From Synechococcales cyanobacterium VAR_4_metabat_354 (GTDB taxonomy: Bacteria > Cyanobacteriota > Cyanobacteriia > Cyanobacteriales > Chamaesiphonaceae): a DNA stretch of 64,000 bases. The stretch lies in the NCBI GenBank assembly GCA_031414775.1, contig JANOQI010000022.1, positions 1 to 64,000 of the forward strand, in the 5' to 3' direction. Both the position numbers and the translations under genes were made by a program. Positions 20,103-31,059 of this stretch are shown here, one piece after another; positions within the stretch are counted from its first letter, which is position 1; each line of letters opens with the position of its first letter. The notes under the pieces are model-generated. The model worked only from the letters and a program-made list of their open reading frames with translations. It made no database searches and was not told where the DNA came from.

Positions 20103-20729
20103 TCAGAAGCCACAAAACCGAGAGATTTCCTGCCAAATTGGCTCTAAGACATTACCAAGACTGTGATCGCTATCTAGTTCAATTAGCTGTGCCCAGGCAT
20201 GATTCTTGGCAAAATCACGACTGAGTTCGATCGGCACAACGGCATCGCTCTGACCATGCAAAATTAGAGTGGGTAAATTACGCTCCAAACTGCTTGATAA
20301 GTACTGCTGGGCATCGGTTACAAACTGATATCGCAAAGGTACCTCTTGTTGTGCAACATGATGATAAACCGGCAAAGTTCCCAACTCTTGCCAACTGTTA
20401 ACAGTCTCGGTACCCAAACGTTCTAGCCATAGTCGGGGAAAACCAAAGGCCGGAGCCATCAACACCAACCGTTCTACTTGATGATACTGCTGTGCTAATA
20501 ACAATGCTGCCCAACCGCCCAAACTCGAACCAATAATCGTAACTGGTGCAGTTCCAGTGCAATAGGACATCGCTTGTTGCAACTGCCGAGAATTAGTAAA
20601 ATCGGTGAAGCCACCCTGATTAAAGTCTGGAATCGTCAGATCTATACCCATTTTGGCAAACTTTTCAGCTAGATAAATAGCCTTCCGCGATCGAGGGCCA
20701 GAAGCAAAACCATGAATGTATAGATACAT
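20103..20729 (-). CDS. YqiA/UPF0227-type alpha/beta hydrolase
   Basis: YIHGFASGP, GSSLGG, HGQSD and SDH motifs. Confidence 0.88.
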   Translation of the reverse strand: MYLYIHGFASGPRSRKAIYLAEKFAKMGIDLTIPDFNQGGFTDFTNSRQLQQAMSYCTGTAPVTIIGSSLGGWAALLLAQQYHQVERLVLMAPAFGFPRLWLERLGTETVNSWQELGTLPVYHHVAQQEVPLRYQFVTDAQQYLSSSLERNLPTLILHGQSDAVVPIELSRDFAKNHAWAQLIELDSDHSLGNVLEPIWQEISRFCGF

Positions 20730-20734
20730 AAACC

Positions 20735-21199
20735 TCAGGAGCCGCTATTGAGGTTTTGAGCACGCTGTTGCTTGATTTTTTGCAGTTTTGCCCATTGTTC
20801 AGAAGTGAGAATTTTTTTGAGCGACATCATGTGATCAAACTTCAGATCAGAGAGCTGTTGCTGGAGAATTTTGACTCGATCACGTTGAGCACGAATTTTA
20901 TCAGTGGGGGCATTACTAGCTAGTAAATTGGATAGTTCTTGCTTGGCAACAGTCAGCAACCGATTTCGCGCCTGCTTTTGCCCCTGAAACTTTTGCCGGA
21001 GGGCTTTTAGCTGTTGCACTTGGCGAGGGGTGAGATTGAGTTCTTTAACCAGTTGCTCTCTATTGTTGACAACCGGAGTGGGGCTAAAACTCCCATAATT
21101 AACTTGGGGAACTTGGGATTGAACAATTTTTGCCCCTAGAGTGGCTCCGCTGCCAGTGCTCAAGAGCAAAAATAATATTGAACTGCGAAACCAAGACAT
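20735..21199 (-). CDS. Spy/CpxP-family periplasmic chaperone
   Basis: Signal peptide and two LTxxQ motifs (LTPRQ, LTSEQ). Confidence 0.85.
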   Translation of the reverse strand: MSWFRSSILFLLLSTGSGATLGAKIVQSQVPQVNYGSFSPTPVVNNREQLVKELNLTPRQVQQLKALRQKFQGQKQARNRLLTVAKQELSNLLASNAPTDKIRAQRDRVKILQQQLSDLKFDHMMSLKKILTSEQWAKLQKIKQQRAQNLNSGS

Positions 21200-21259
21200 A
21201 TTCTATGGAACTTTTAAACGAGAGTAATTAACCAGATAAGGATATTCTGGCAAAAGTTC

Positions 21260-21970
21260 CTAGACAGACTGCGGAGGATTCGCTAAAGCCGGATTGAGGT
21301 GCTCTCGGCCCCGGCGAATTTTGGCATGTAGTTCACAGAGATTTGTTTCGAGACTTTGCAACACTTGGTCAGCGTAGGCATCAGCTTCCTGCTGAATTTC
21401 TTGGCATTCAGTTAAGGATTGCTGACGCATCTGCTCGATGTCTTGAGCATACTGGGCACGACACAGATCCATTTCCGACAGTGTTCTGCGGCGCAGTTGC
21501 TCGCACTCAGATTGAGCAACTTGTCTAATTTGGTTGGCTTCCGCTTTTGCTCGATCGATGATCCCCAGCTCGTTGGCAATCTGAAAAGCTTGTTGGTGAG
21601 CAACGGCGATATGTTGCTGGGCTTGTTGCTCTGCTGTTTTTAAAATGCAGTCACGCTGCTGCAAAATATCTTGGGCAGTTTGGAGGGCTGGCGGCAAGCT
21701 AGACCGAATATAGTCCATCTGCTCTAATAGCTCGTCTTCACCCACAATCGTTTTGCCAGTGAGTGGTAAGCGCGGACTATTGAGCAGCAACTCTTCCAAG
21801 CGGCTAAACTCTGATAGCAGTTCTAGGACGTGAGCTTCAGAGACTAAAGCCTCACGGCCATGGTCTTCGCCACTACCCAGTGCTGGATGGTTTACGGAGG
21901 GGGTGACAATGAAGGTTGATCGGCTGATCGATCGGCGGTCTTCGTCGGAGGTAGATGGAGGTTGGCGCAT
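21260..21970 (-). CDS. DivIVA-like cell division protein (Cdv3-like)
   Basis: [10 protein letters not shown] and [10 protein letters not shown] motifs, coiled coil, and the usual cyanobacterial overlap with coaD. Confidence 0.75.
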   Translation of the reverse strand: MRQPPSTSDEDRRSISRSTFIVTPSVNHPALGSGEDHGREALVSEAHVLELLSEFSRLEELLLNSPRLPLTGKTIVGEDELLEQMDYIRSSLPPALQTAQDILQQRDCILKTAEQQAQQHIAVAHQQAFQIANELGIIDRAKAEANQIRQVAQSECEQLRRRTLSEMDLCRAQYAQDIEQMRQQSLTECQEIQQEADAYADQVLQSLETNLCELHAKIRRGREHLNPALANPPQSV

Positions 21971-22431
21971 TGAGCAAGATCCGATGAGATATGAGCGGGA
22001 ACCAGATGACTAACAGAACCGCCAAACTTGGCAATTTCTTTAACGACGCTACTACTGAGGAAAGCATATTCAACCGCAGTGGCTAAAAATATAGTTTCGA
22101 TATCATTAGCAAGAGACTTATTGGTGTGAGCCATTTGTTGCTCTTTCTCGAAATCTGACATAATTCGCAAACCTCTGAGCAAGCATTTAGCACCAGTTAG
22201 CTTGGCATATTCTACCGTTAAACCATCGAAACTATCTACAGTTACACCGGGCAAATGTTGAGTAGCGATCCGAATTTGGGATAATCGTTGGTCAACACTA
22301 AACAGTGGTGTTTTGCTGGGATTACGCAAAACCGCAACAATAACTTGGTCAAACAGCTGACAGCTCCGTTCGATAATGTCGAGATGTCCGAGGGTGATGG
22401 GGTCAAAGCTACCCGGATAAATGGCAATCAC
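21892..22431 (-). CDS. coaD: Pantetheine-phosphate adenylyltransferase
   Basis: [16 protein letters not shown] and SSSVVKEIA motifs. Confidence 0.96.
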   Translation of the reverse strand: MIAIYPGSFDPITLGHLDIIERSCQLFDQVIVAVLRNPSKTPLFSVDQRLSQIRIATQHLPGVTVDSFDGLTVEYAKLTGAKCLLRGLRIMSDFEKEQQMAHTNKSLANDIETIFLATAVEYAFLSSSVVKEIAKFGGSVSHLVPAHISSDLAQCANLHLPPTKTADRSADQPSLSPPP

Positions 22432-22607
22432 ACTAGATATATCCTAGTCATAAATTGTTTCTGGGAATGTATGGCTATATCAATGACAGTTATTAAAAGT
22501 TTTTTTGAACTCTTTCCTAATTCTAATGAATACATTATCAGCATTCATTACATATTTGTAACCTTGGATACATAAAACAAGAAAAGCGGCGGGTCAGGCT
22601 CTAGAAA

Positions 22608-24923
22608 TCAACCTAGAACTGAGCGCAAAGTTGGAATTGGCACCTGCCAAAAATATTGAACTGTAAACAATTCTTCTGCTACTACAGCCAAAAAATCTTG
22701 AATTTTTGGAAAATTTTGGAGCAGTAGGTTCGATAGGTCTCCTGTGCCCTTAACTTTAAACTGCTGTTGGTCAAGCGCTAAAATCAATTCAAATCCGATC
22801 GATTCCAAACCATTCAATCCAGAGCGGATCGATCGATCGCTGATCCCCAACTGTTTTTGCAACTGATTGATGGTTACGGGCTGACCGGTGCGCGCCAAAA
22901 ATTTAGCGATCCCCAATAGCTGTTCTAAAACTGTCACCGCCGTTTGGGGGGTGGGAGCAGGATAGGCTAAAGCTAGTGATTTTTGCTGCTGACTCGCTTC
23001 AGTGTACTTGACGATTAGTTCTTCCCAGCAGCAAGGACATTCACTGACCAGCACCAGTGATTCAAACAGACTATCGGGATGTACGCCATGACGAAAATCC
23101 AGAATCTCCGGACGATAGCGATCGGTGGTGACTACCGCTGAAGTTACGGTGGGGACTAATGCGATAATCCGCGCCTCGCAGCGGTTTTTATAATTGTTAT
23201 AGTCCAGTTCGATCGCTAAATCGCAAGGCACGGTTGGCACTTCGTCAGAGTAATGGCCCCACCACACCACGGGAAAAGTTTCGGTGGTGCTATCGTCGGT
23301 GATTTGCAGATCAGTTTTGATGTACTGAATTTTATTGCCTTTGAAATCCTTGATGTTGGCATTGCGAGCATTTAATAATTGACAGTTTTTCACTAACAGC
23401 TGGGGAACGGGGTTGCCCATCCCACAGGGTTCTAATATCTTCAGCTCGTCAAATAAAGCTTTGCCCAGTTCGGCCACCGTCACAATTAGATCGATCGATA
23501 GAACTGGCGGCGGCAGCTGGCCAATGGTCTGACGAAGTTGCTGGTTAATAGCTTCGGTAAAGAGGGGTAGATTGTCGGCCAGAATACTCAGCCCGGCGGC
23601 AAAAGGATGACCACCAAAACTGTTCAGCAGATGTTCTTGAGACTTAACTAACTGATAGAGATCAACATTTTGGATCGATCGGGCAGAACCACGCGCTAAC
23701 AGCGGGGTACTAGGATCAGTCACCTCTTCCTGAGCGGTACTGAGCAAAATTGTCGGCTTGCCATAGGTCTGGGCAATTTGCCCCGCCACTAGTCCCAACA
23801 CTCCGGGCGACCAATTGTTATCGACCAACACAATCACGCCGGTGGTCGATAGATCTAAAGCCGCGACCCGTTGCTGCACTTCGGCCACCACATTTTTCTG
23901 GACTTCCTTGCGCCGGGCATTGGCTTGTTCCGTCAATATGGCTAGTTCATAACAGATTGCCTCGTCCTGGCTAGTCAATAACTGCACTCCAAAACTGGCA
24001 TCCCCATGAATCCGACTAATGGCATTAATGCGCGGGGCGATACCAAAAGAAATATCCATCGGTCGATCGCCAGTGCGCTTGCACAGTTCTAATAACTTGG
24101 CGACTCCTGGTCGGTAGCCCGGTAGCTGGGGATTTTTAGTATTTTGGAGCTGTAAACGTTGGATGCCAATTTGAGCCAAATAACGGCAGTCGCCACTTAA
24201 CTGCACTAAGTCGGCCACCAAACCGATCGCCACTAAATCCAATAAATACTCCAGGGGTTGGGCGGGGATATTTGGCAAAGCCATATATAAAGCCTCAATC
24301 AGTTTGTAGGCAACGGCCACGCCCGATAAATGAAAAAGTGGGTGATCGGCGGCTAGATAACGGGGATTGATAATAGCGGCAACTGGTGGCCGGATGGCCG
24401 GTAAAGTATGGTGATCGGTAACGATAGTATCGATGCCTAATGTTTGGGCATAGGCAATTTCTGTTGGGTTCGTGCTGCCGGTGTCGCAGGTAATCATCAG
24501 GGTGATTCCTTGCTGATACAGTCGATCGATCCCCACCAAATTTAGACCGTGGGATTCTTTTAACCGATCAGGGATGTAGTAACTGAGCAAGTCGGGGTTT
24601 ACAAATTGCCGCAATCCATCCCACAAAACGCTGGTAGCAGTGATGCCATCGGCATCAAAGTCACCCCAGATTAAGACTTGCTCCTGTTGATCGCGCGCTT
24701 GTTTAATCCGATCGATCGCCTGCTGCATTTCCACTCCAAAAGCCTCCGGCCCGGTCGGCTGATAATGATCAGCTTGGAGATAGCCCGGAATAATATCAAT
24801 ATCCTGAATACCCCGTTGCCAGAGCAGTTGACTGAGGTATCGATCGACTGGCCATAGCTGGCGCACAGCCTGGATAAATATAGTCGGGATGGTAGGCGAT
24901 AACGGGAGCTGAAAATTGACCAT
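22608..24923 (-). CDS. recJ: Single-stranded DNA exonuclease RecJ
   Basis: GDFDADG, DTG, TDHH, GSARS, GGHPFAAG and EPCGMGNP motifs. Confidence 0.94.
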   Translation of the reverse strand: MVNFQLPLSPTIPTIFIQAVRQLWPVDRYLSQLLWQRGIQDIDIIPGYLQADHYQPTGPEAFGVEMQQAIDRIKQARDQQEQVLIWGDFDADGITATSVLWDGLRQFVNPDLLSYYIPDRLKESHGLNLVGIDRLYQQGITLMITCDTGSTNPTEIAYAQTLGIDTIVTDHHTLPAIRPPVAAIINPRYLAADHPLFHLSGVAVAYKLIEALYMALPNIPAQPLEYLLDLVAIGLVADLVQLSGDCRYLAQIGIQRLQLQNTKNPQLPGYRPGVAKLLELCKRTGDRPMDISFGIAPRINAISRIHGDASFGVQLLTSQDEAICYELAILTEQANARRKEVQKNVVAEVQQRVAALDLSTTGVIVLVDNNWSPGVLGLVAGQIAQTYGKPTILLSTAQEEVTDPSTPLLARGSARSIQNVDLYQLVKSQEHLLNSFGGHPFAAGLSILADNLPLFTEAINQQLRQTIGQLPPPVLSIDLIVTVAELGKALFDELKILEPCGMGNPVPQLLVKNCQLLNARNANIKDFKGNKIQYIKTDLQITDDSTTETFPVVWWGHYSDEVPTVPCDLAIELDYNNYKNRCEARIIALVPTVTSAVVTTDRYRPEILDFRHGVHPDSLFESLVLVSECPCCWEELIVKYTEASQQQKSLALAYPAPTPQTAVTVLEQLLGIAKFLARTGQPVTINQLQKQLGISDRSIRSGLNGLESIGFELILALDQQQFKVKGTGDLSNLLLQNFPKIQDFLAVVAEELFTVQYFWQVPIPTLRSVLG

Positions 24924-25277
24924 AGCTGTTCACGAGAATACAGATGCCCATAGCATAGAAACTCCAGCACTCTGAATCTACACTAAAGATAATTCTTTTG
25001 TACCATATTATTTCAGTCAATGCCTGACCACCAATTTGCCAAATAGGAGTACTGACCCTAATCTGAAAAAGTAGCCATGCTTGCAGAATCGAAGACCAAA
25101 ATACTTAATTACTAGGAAAATCACTCATGCTCGTCGAGGAATCGAGAGCAAATTGCCGATGTCTTAGGGCAAAGCTGTTAACAATTACCAGCGAATCCGG
25201 CAGATTATACCGAGATCGACTGGCGATCAATCTCTCAATCTGGAAAACATGTTGCAGAAAAAAACAAGTGATAACGG

Positions 25278-25517
25278 GTGGGGGTGATCTGGAGTTTTTT
25301 AGTTACATGCTGCTTTTTTCTGTTGTTTCCAGTGTTTTTGTTCATAGTGATATTTGGTAACAAATTGGGTACCAAGACCTCTAATCGTAGAAGTTCTAGT
25401 CGTTCTAATGGTTTTTATCATGGCCACGGTGATTCCAGCAGTGGTTCCAGTAGTGGCAGTTACAGTGATGGGGGTTTTGGTGGTGGCGATAGCGGCGGTG
25501 GTGGTGGCAGTTGGTAG
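25278..25517 (+). pseudogene. Membrane protein remnant with Gly/Ser-rich tail
   Basis: One TM helix and a DGGFGGGDSGGGGGSW end; the upstream frame contains stops. Confidence 0.4.
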
Positions 25518-25646
25518 TTAACCCGCTGCCAGGGAGATAGTTGATCTTCTGTGTAAATCAGAATCGGCTGGTGTGGCGGGTAATAAATCAAATAGCAGGG
25601 GTGGAAATTGACAGAATAACTGGTAGAAAATTGAGTCGCGGCGCAT
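25518..25646 (-). pseudogene. N-terminal fragment of an Rpn-family/DUF2887 nuclease
   Basis: MRRDSIFYQLF...LLFDLL is the characteristic start; resemblance is lost after about 30 aa. Confidence 0.7.
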
Positions 25647-25722
25647 AGATATTGATCGATCAATTATTTTAAACAAGATGAAGATAGCCTTGATCGATTT
25701 CCCGATCAAGGCTTTACTCCAA

Positions 25723-26586
25723 CTAACTCAATCCAAAATCTACTGAATGAGTCCAAGTCTCACCAGCTGCCACCTCAATCAGATCCGCACCCGTATTGAT
25801 CGCATTACGCCGCGCCGTCCACGGCTCAATACAGTAGAAATCCTTGTCGGGAACCGTCCAGAACACCACATGGCCATGGGGATAAGTCCAGCCCATCTTT
25901 AAAGTATGACCACCCGACTCAGCTACTTGCACCTGCGCCTGCTTTAAATCGCTAAACACAATATCAATCTCTCCCGCCGCATAATCAAAACTACCAGAGT
26001 AAGGATGAGCCGTCCCCTGCTTATCAAAATATTCCGAACTAGGAATTTGGAACTTCAAACCCGGTTTATCAGCAGCCGCAAAATAAGGATGGTATCCGAT
26101 CGAGAAAGGCATATTTACCCCCTCGGTCAGATTAGTAACCCGCTGAATAATCTCCAATCGGTTAGTACTAAATACATATTCTAGCTCCACCCGAAAATCA
26201 AAAGGATAAACCTTCTTAGTTGCCGGACTGCTAACTAAAGCCACCGTCACACTAGCCTGCTGCTCAGTAGCCTGTTGTCCAACTACTTGCCAAGGCAACT
26301 CTCGCGCAAAGCCATGCTGCTGCAACTGATAGGTCTGACCCTGCTGAATATAAGTGTTGTCTGGCAGATTGCCACAAATCGGAAACAACACCGGAATGCC
26401 ACCGCGCACACTGAGCTGAGGATCGGTAAACCGCTCCTTATCCAGATAAAATAACTCGCGACCGCCGACCAACCAGCTAGTGACAATCCCGCCCCGTTCC
26501 GGGACAATACTAATACTGGCTCCCAGCTTAGAATCGGTCATTGTATAAGTAAGATACTGGAGTTGAGTAGAATTAACTGCGAACAT
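25723..26586 (-). CDS. Aldose 1-epimerase family protein
   Basis: RGGIPVLFP, HGFAR, GYHPYF and CIEPWT motifs. Confidence 0.92.
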   Translation of the reverse strand: MFAVNSTQLQYLTYTMTDSKLGASISIVPERGGIVTSWLVGGRELFYLDKERFTDPQLSVRGGIPVLFPICGNLPDNTYIQQGQTYQLQQHGFARELPWQVVGQQATEQQASVTVALVSSPATKKVYPFDFRVELEYVFSTNRLEIIQRVTNLTEGVNMPFSIGYHPYFAAADKPGLKFQIPSSEYFDKQGTAHPYSGSFDYAAGEIDIVFSDLKQAQVQVAESGGHTLKMGWTYPHGHVVFWTVPDKDFYCIEPWTARRNAINTGADLIEVAAGETWTHSVDFGLS

Positions 26587-26704
26587 AATTAGTGATAGTA
26601 ATGAAGTTTACCGATTTCGCCTAAGAGCAGGTAAAATTGTACATATAGTTTAGTCTCTAAACTCCGGCGATTTTGCCATATTTTTCGTTTAGGAGCAGCC
26701 AACG

Positions 26705-27007
26705 ATGCTACACCGCAAGATTTCTCAACTGTGTTGCAATGGTCGTGAAATTTGCATTTTTCTACGCGACCAACAGCGCTGGATTGAACGAGCACGAATT
26801 ATTGAGTTAGAAGGAGACTTGGTAACTATCAAGTATGAAACTGAAGAAGACGACGAAATGAGTTCCTGGGAGGAAATAGTTCGTTTGGATAGCATTGGCT
26901 CTATTAGTCAAAAGCTTTCCTCTGTCCGCCGGATTGGGATGGATATCGTTACCACTGACGACTGCCCAGAATCTGAACACATTCAGTCTCAAATGCCAGA
27001 GGAATAA
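26705..27007 (+). CDS. Conserved cyanobacterial hypothetical protein
   Basis: Recognisable conserved N-terminus MLHRKI.QLCC.GRE..IFLRDQQRWIE. Confidence 0.75.
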   Translation: MLHRKISQLCCNGREICIFLRDQQRWIERARIIELEGDLVTIKYETEEDDEMSSWEEIVRLDSIGSISQKLSSVRRIGMDIVTTDDCPESEHIQSQMPEE

Positions 27008-27037
27008 GGACCTATCCTGATCCCCAAAAATCATGAT

Positions 27038-27065
27038 AAAGCCCCGTTTTACCAGCGGGGCTTTT
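27038..27065 (+). terminator. Intrinsic terminator
   Basis: aaagccccg...cggggctttt. Confidence 0.75.
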
Positions 27066-27452
27066 AGCTAACAATTTTTATTTACAAATAAAAAATAGTT
27101 AATGTAAACTTCAGTTGCATTTTCTCATTTTCATAAATAACAATGATAAATTTGAATCAAGAAGTTAGTAGCTTCGATTCCGCAGATCAATACAGCATCA
27201 GGACTCCTAGTCATTATGCTATCTGTCCCTTAGTTAAAACTGTATGTCTGTCTTAGTTAAAAAAAGCATCATAACACTGAGTTTAAGTCAGCGTTCATAC
27301 TGCCCATGATTAGATTCTAGAGAGATATATATCAATCTTAGATGATGTGATGTAGCTCTGTTTTTAAATTCTTAGATAGGGAAGTTACTGAGCCACTAAA
27401 TTCAGTGTTATTGCATTATAGGTTTTTAATACTGATTAAATTCAATAAAATA

Positions 27453-28406
27453 TTATTTTTTACTAAATAAGCCAAATAATCCGCCCTTGTTTTGGTTACT
27501 GGCTGTTTGAGCTAATGGGCTGACAGCTATTTTCTTGAATTCTTGCTGTGCCATTTTGACAAGTGGATCATTAGCATTAAGCTGTACAGCTTTGTTCAGA
27601 TGCATCTTGGCCATTGTCACCTGATTTTGGCGAATATACACAATCGCTAGTTGAGCATGAGCCTGAACATTATTCGGATCACCCTTCAAGACTTCGCGCA
27701 ATTCAACATTAGCTTTTGCCCAATTCCGCATATTGATATATTCTTCAGCGCGGCGCATAGAACTTTGCTGCGCTAAAACTTTAGAGCTGTCAGCCGTCTG
27801 TTCAGCGGCTGTTTTGACAGGAAGCTGTTCACTTAAGCCAGCGCTGGGAATCGTGTCCCCAGCTGTGACCGGAGCGGAACGCATTGATTGATTTTGCTTA
27901 CGCAACAGGTAGATCATATTTAGTTCACTGATTTCGCCAGTGATTTCAATACTTTGATCTAATAGACGGTATTGTTGATGGGCTAATTCTTGTAAAAGCT
28001 GATGATACGATTTCTGCAAATCGGTACTGTTTTTCTGAAATAGTTGTTGAGCAGCGTTGCTAGAGATATCAATCTTGCTAGCTTCAGACACCAATCTTTT
28101 GCCCATCAGCTCCAGCATCATTTGTTGTTCTTGCAGAATACTGACCCGCGACAGATTACCGTAGGCATGAGTAATTAAATTAGAAAAAAGCTTGATCGCC
28201 AGATCTCGTTCGGCGGTAGTTGCCCAGCGTGAACTATCGGGATGTAGCAAACGAGCTACTTCTTTATAGCGATTACGAATTGTAGTCGCATCACTATCTA
28301 CAGCTACACCAATAATGGCATGTTGATCGTTAAAGTCGAATTGAAATAGACCCTTATTTGGTTTGAAGTTCATATTTGCTCTAACTAAAATATCAGGCGA
28401 CTGCAT
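27453..28406 (-). CDS. J-domain protein with C-terminal TPR
   Basis: LHPD motif and TPR-like helices; the start may be the internal ATG (MNFK). Confidence 0.85.
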   Translation of the reverse strand: MQSPDILVRANMNFKPNKGLFQFDFNDQHAIIGVAVDSDATTIRNRYKEVARLLHPDSSRWATTAERDLAIKLFSNLITHAYGNLSRVSILQEQQMMLELMGKRLVSEASKIDISSNAAQQLFQKNSTDLQKSYHQLLQELAHQQYRLLDQSIEITGEISELNMIYLLRKQNQSMRSAPVTAGDTIPSAGLSEQLPVKTAAEQTADSSKVLAQQSSMRRAEEYINMRNWAKANVELREVLKGDPNNVQAHAQLAIVYIRQNQVTMAKMHLNKAVQLNANDPLVKMAQQEFKKIAVSPLAQTASNQNKGGLFGLFSKK

Positions 28407-29284
28407 TAGGTAATATTAAATAATTCAGCGGGAAATGACCAAGTTGTTTGTTGAACTTTTGCTAAAGATTGGCTAAGCGGATGATGAATTGCACCATTGG
28501 TGGCCAGGATCCGACCGGAGTTGAGGATAAAATCACTCTGATCGTACGCGGTAACTACTCCACCTGCTTCCCGCACAATTACCACGCCAGCGGCCAAATC
28601 CCAAGGTGATAAACCTCTTTCCCAATAACCATCTAGGCGGCCACAGGCCACATAAGCTAGATCGATCGCCGCCGATCCACCCCGTCTGACTCCTTGAGTA
28701 ATATGAGTGAGATAGCAAAATTCTCGATAGTTATGATCGTCTGTTTCCCGCCTGTCGTAAGCAAAACCAGTTACTAACAAACTATCTGCCAGTTGATGGG
28801 TGGCCGAGACCTGAATCGGTTGACGATTGCGAGTGGCCCCTAAGCCGGTGGCTGCTCGAAACAACTCTTGATGAAAGGGATCAAAAATCACGCCTAGTGT
28901 TGGTAATCCATTGACCAAAAGACCGATAGAAACAGCACTAAAAGGATATTGATGGGCGTAGTTGGTGGTACCATCCAGCGGATCGATGACCCATTGGCAC
29001 TCAGTATCACTACTTCCATAATTCCCAGTCTCTTCGGCCAAAATGCTATGGGTGGGAAGATGTCGTTGGAGAATTTCGATGATTTGAGCTTCGGCCTCTC
29101 GATCGGCTACTGTCACCAGATCTCCTAACCGACCTTTTTGCTCAATCTGTAAAAGTTGACCACGGTATTTATTAATAATTTCGCCCGCCGCCAGCGCCGC
29201 TGCCGTTGCGATTTCTAACCAGGTTTGTAATTGTGATACAGAAGGTAAATGGAGCATATAATATTTTGGTATCAAATAAAGCAA
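28406..29284 (-). CDS. suhB: Inositol monophosphatase family protein
   Basis: WVIDPLDGTTNY, GSAAIDL and PWDLAAG motifs. Confidence 0.9.
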   Translation of the reverse strand: MLYLIPKYYMLHLPSVSQLQTWLEIATAAALAAGEIINKYRGQLLQIEQKGRLGDLVTVADREAEAQIIEILQRHLPTHSILAEETGNYGSSDTECQWVIDPLDGTTNYAHQYPFSAVSIGLLVNGLPTLGVIFDPFHQELFRAATGLGATRNRQPIQVSATHQLADSLLVTGFAYDRRETDDHNYREFCYLTHITQGVRRGGSAAIDLAYVACGRLDGYWERGLSPWDLAAGVVIVREAGGVVTAYDQSDFILNSGRILATNGAIHHPLSQSLAKVQQTTWSFPAELFNIT

Positions 29285-29296
29285 TAACCTAATTGT

Positions 29297-29782
29297 ATGT
29301 TCAGACTTGTTCAGCGGTTATGGCCGCTCTCCTACCTTTGGTTAATCGTTTTTCTGAACAATGAACAAGCAACTGCTCAAAATAGTTCGTCGGTTAAACC
29401 CGCTAATAGCTCAACTAGTTCGGTGTACAGGCCACTATCACTATTGATCAATAGTGATGTGCTGGGGACACTCTCCGATCGAGATATTCCTTTGGGTGAT
29501 GGTGGTTTTGCACGGGACTATACAATTCAGCTCAATGCTGGCGATCAGGTGGCGATCGATCTCATCTCGGACAATTTCGATCCGGTGGTAGCGCTCTTAA
29601 CCAAGGACGGCAAGACCGTGGGGAAAAATGATGATGGGCCAGATGGCACTAGCAACTCACTGTTGTTTGCCAGAATCAAGAAAACCGGCAGCTATATTGT
29701 GCGGGTGCAGGGCTTTAGTGATACTAGTGGGGGAAATTTCACCCTGCGCGTCAATCGGCTGAAAGCTGCTGCCCTCAACTAA
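29297..29782 (+). CDS. Secreted PPC (pre-peptidase C-terminal) domain protein
   Basis: Signal peptide; DLISDNFD, NDDG and GSYIVRV motifs. Confidence 0.8.
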   Translation: MFRLVQRLWPLSYLWLIVFLNNEQATAQNSSSVKPANSSTSSVYRPLSLLINSDVLGTLSDRDIPLGDGGFARDYTIQLNAGDQVAIDLISDNFDPVVALLTKDGKTVGKNDDGPDGTSNSLLFARIKKTGSYIVRVQGFSDTSGGNFTLRVNRLKAAALN

Positions 29783-29802
29783 TTTTTAAAATAAATTAAT
29801 TC

Positions 29803-31059
29803 TTAAAGTATTTGTACCCGGCCAGCAATAGTTTGCCCTAACCAGGGTGTATTGTGCGAGCGGGACATTAAATTAGTTTCATTGGCCACCCAGGTGCTAA
29901 TGGGGTCAAATAGAATCATGTCGGTGGGCAATGGTTGTCGCCAGCACTGGGCGGGCTTGGTGCTCAGTGCCGACCACAGTTGCAGAGCAGTAAGTTGACC
30001 TGATCGCACCAGCTGCTCCCACAAAATGGGCAGGGCGAGCTGGAGTCCGATCGATCCCACTGGCGCTGCGCCGAAAGCTACTTTTTTATCTTCATAGGCA
30101 TGGGCATGGTGATCGATCGCAATCGCATCAATTACCCCGCTGGCAATAGCTTGAATTAAGGCCTGTCGATCGCTGCTGTTGCCCAGCGGTGGATCGAGCC
30201 GCCAGTTCGGATCGTAACTAGCCAAGGTTTCCGTATCGCCCAACAAATGTAACCAAGTGGTGCTGGCCGTAATGGGTAAACCCGCTTGCTTGGCCGCTGC
30301 AATTAGTTGCACAGAGCGCTCCGTCGAAATCCGCATCAAATGTACTGGGGTGCCGATAGCAGCAACTAATTCCAAAATGGTGGCGACGGCAGTCGCTTCA
30401 CTACTGGCCGGACTACTGGCTAGACCTAGTCGTAGAGCGGCTGCTCCTTGTCTGGCCACACCACCACCAGCTAACTGTCGATCGAGCGGCCACAACATCA
30501 GTGGCTGGGAGTAAGGTTGTAAGTATTCCAACAAGCGGTGCAGAAGCTGAGGATTCTGCAAAGCCTGACCATCGGTAAAGCCTACCACAGCACTACTAGT
30601 CAAGTCGTATAGATTGGCCAGTTGTTCGCCCCGACAACCCTGGGTCACGGCTCCCCAGAGATACAGACGCGGGGCGGCTACTAATTGAGCAGCGGCCTGT
30701 TGATACAGGTCTTGAAGTTTACTGATAATCGCCGAGTTATCGATGGGAGGCTGAGTATTGGGCAAAATGCCCACCTCCACAAAGCCCCCAGCTTGAGCTG
30801 ATCGCAATAGCGAGAGGAGTGTCTCTTGCTCCTCCGCCCCCGGTTCGTTGCTATGGCTGTAAAGATCGACCAAACCCGGTGCTAAGATCCGCTCTCGGCC
30901 ATCTTGTTCACTGGTGTCCGTTGGCCATTCGGCAAGGCGATCGGCAGCTTGCACAATTTTGCCATCCACTACCAGAGCATCAGTGACCCGATCCAATCCA
31001 GCTGCTGGATCAAGGAGCCGCACCTGGCGAAACAACAAACTGGACATCTTACAGGGCAC
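29803..31059 (-). CDS. pyrC: Dihydroorotase-like protein (HxH motif altered)
   Basis: PGLVDLYSH, LPNT, DPPL, AIDH and SHNTPW motifs. Confidence 0.85.
   Translation of the reverse strand: MPCKMSSLLFRQVRLLDPAAGLDRVTDALVVDGKIVQAADRLAEWPTDTSEQDGRERILAPGLVDLYSHSNEPGAEEQETLLSLLRSAQAGGFVEVGILPNTQPPIDNSAIISKLQDLYQQAAAQLVAAPRLYLWGAVTQGCRGEQLANLYDLTSSAVVGFTDGQALQNPQLLHRLLEYLQPYSQPLMLWPLDRQLAGGGVARQGAAALRLGLASSPASSEATAVATILELVAAIGTPVHLMRISTERSVQLIAAAKQAGLPITASTTWLHLLGDTETLASYDPNWRLDPPLGNSSDRQALIQAIASGVIDAIAIDHHAHAYEDKKVAFGAAPVGSIGLQLALPILWEQLVRSGQLTALQLWSALSTKPAQCWRQPLPTDMILFDPISTWVANETNLMSRSHNTPWLGQTIAGRVQIL

Noticed and set aside
21892..21970. coaD/cdv3 overlap as an anomaly
   Set aside because: This overlap is a common cyanobacterial arrangement
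27066..27452. Long AT-rich gap with a short palindrome, a weak direct repeat (cttagttaaaa twice) and a 37-codon ORF
   Set aside because: No recognisable RNA family or protein motif; such patterns are expected in AT-rich DNA
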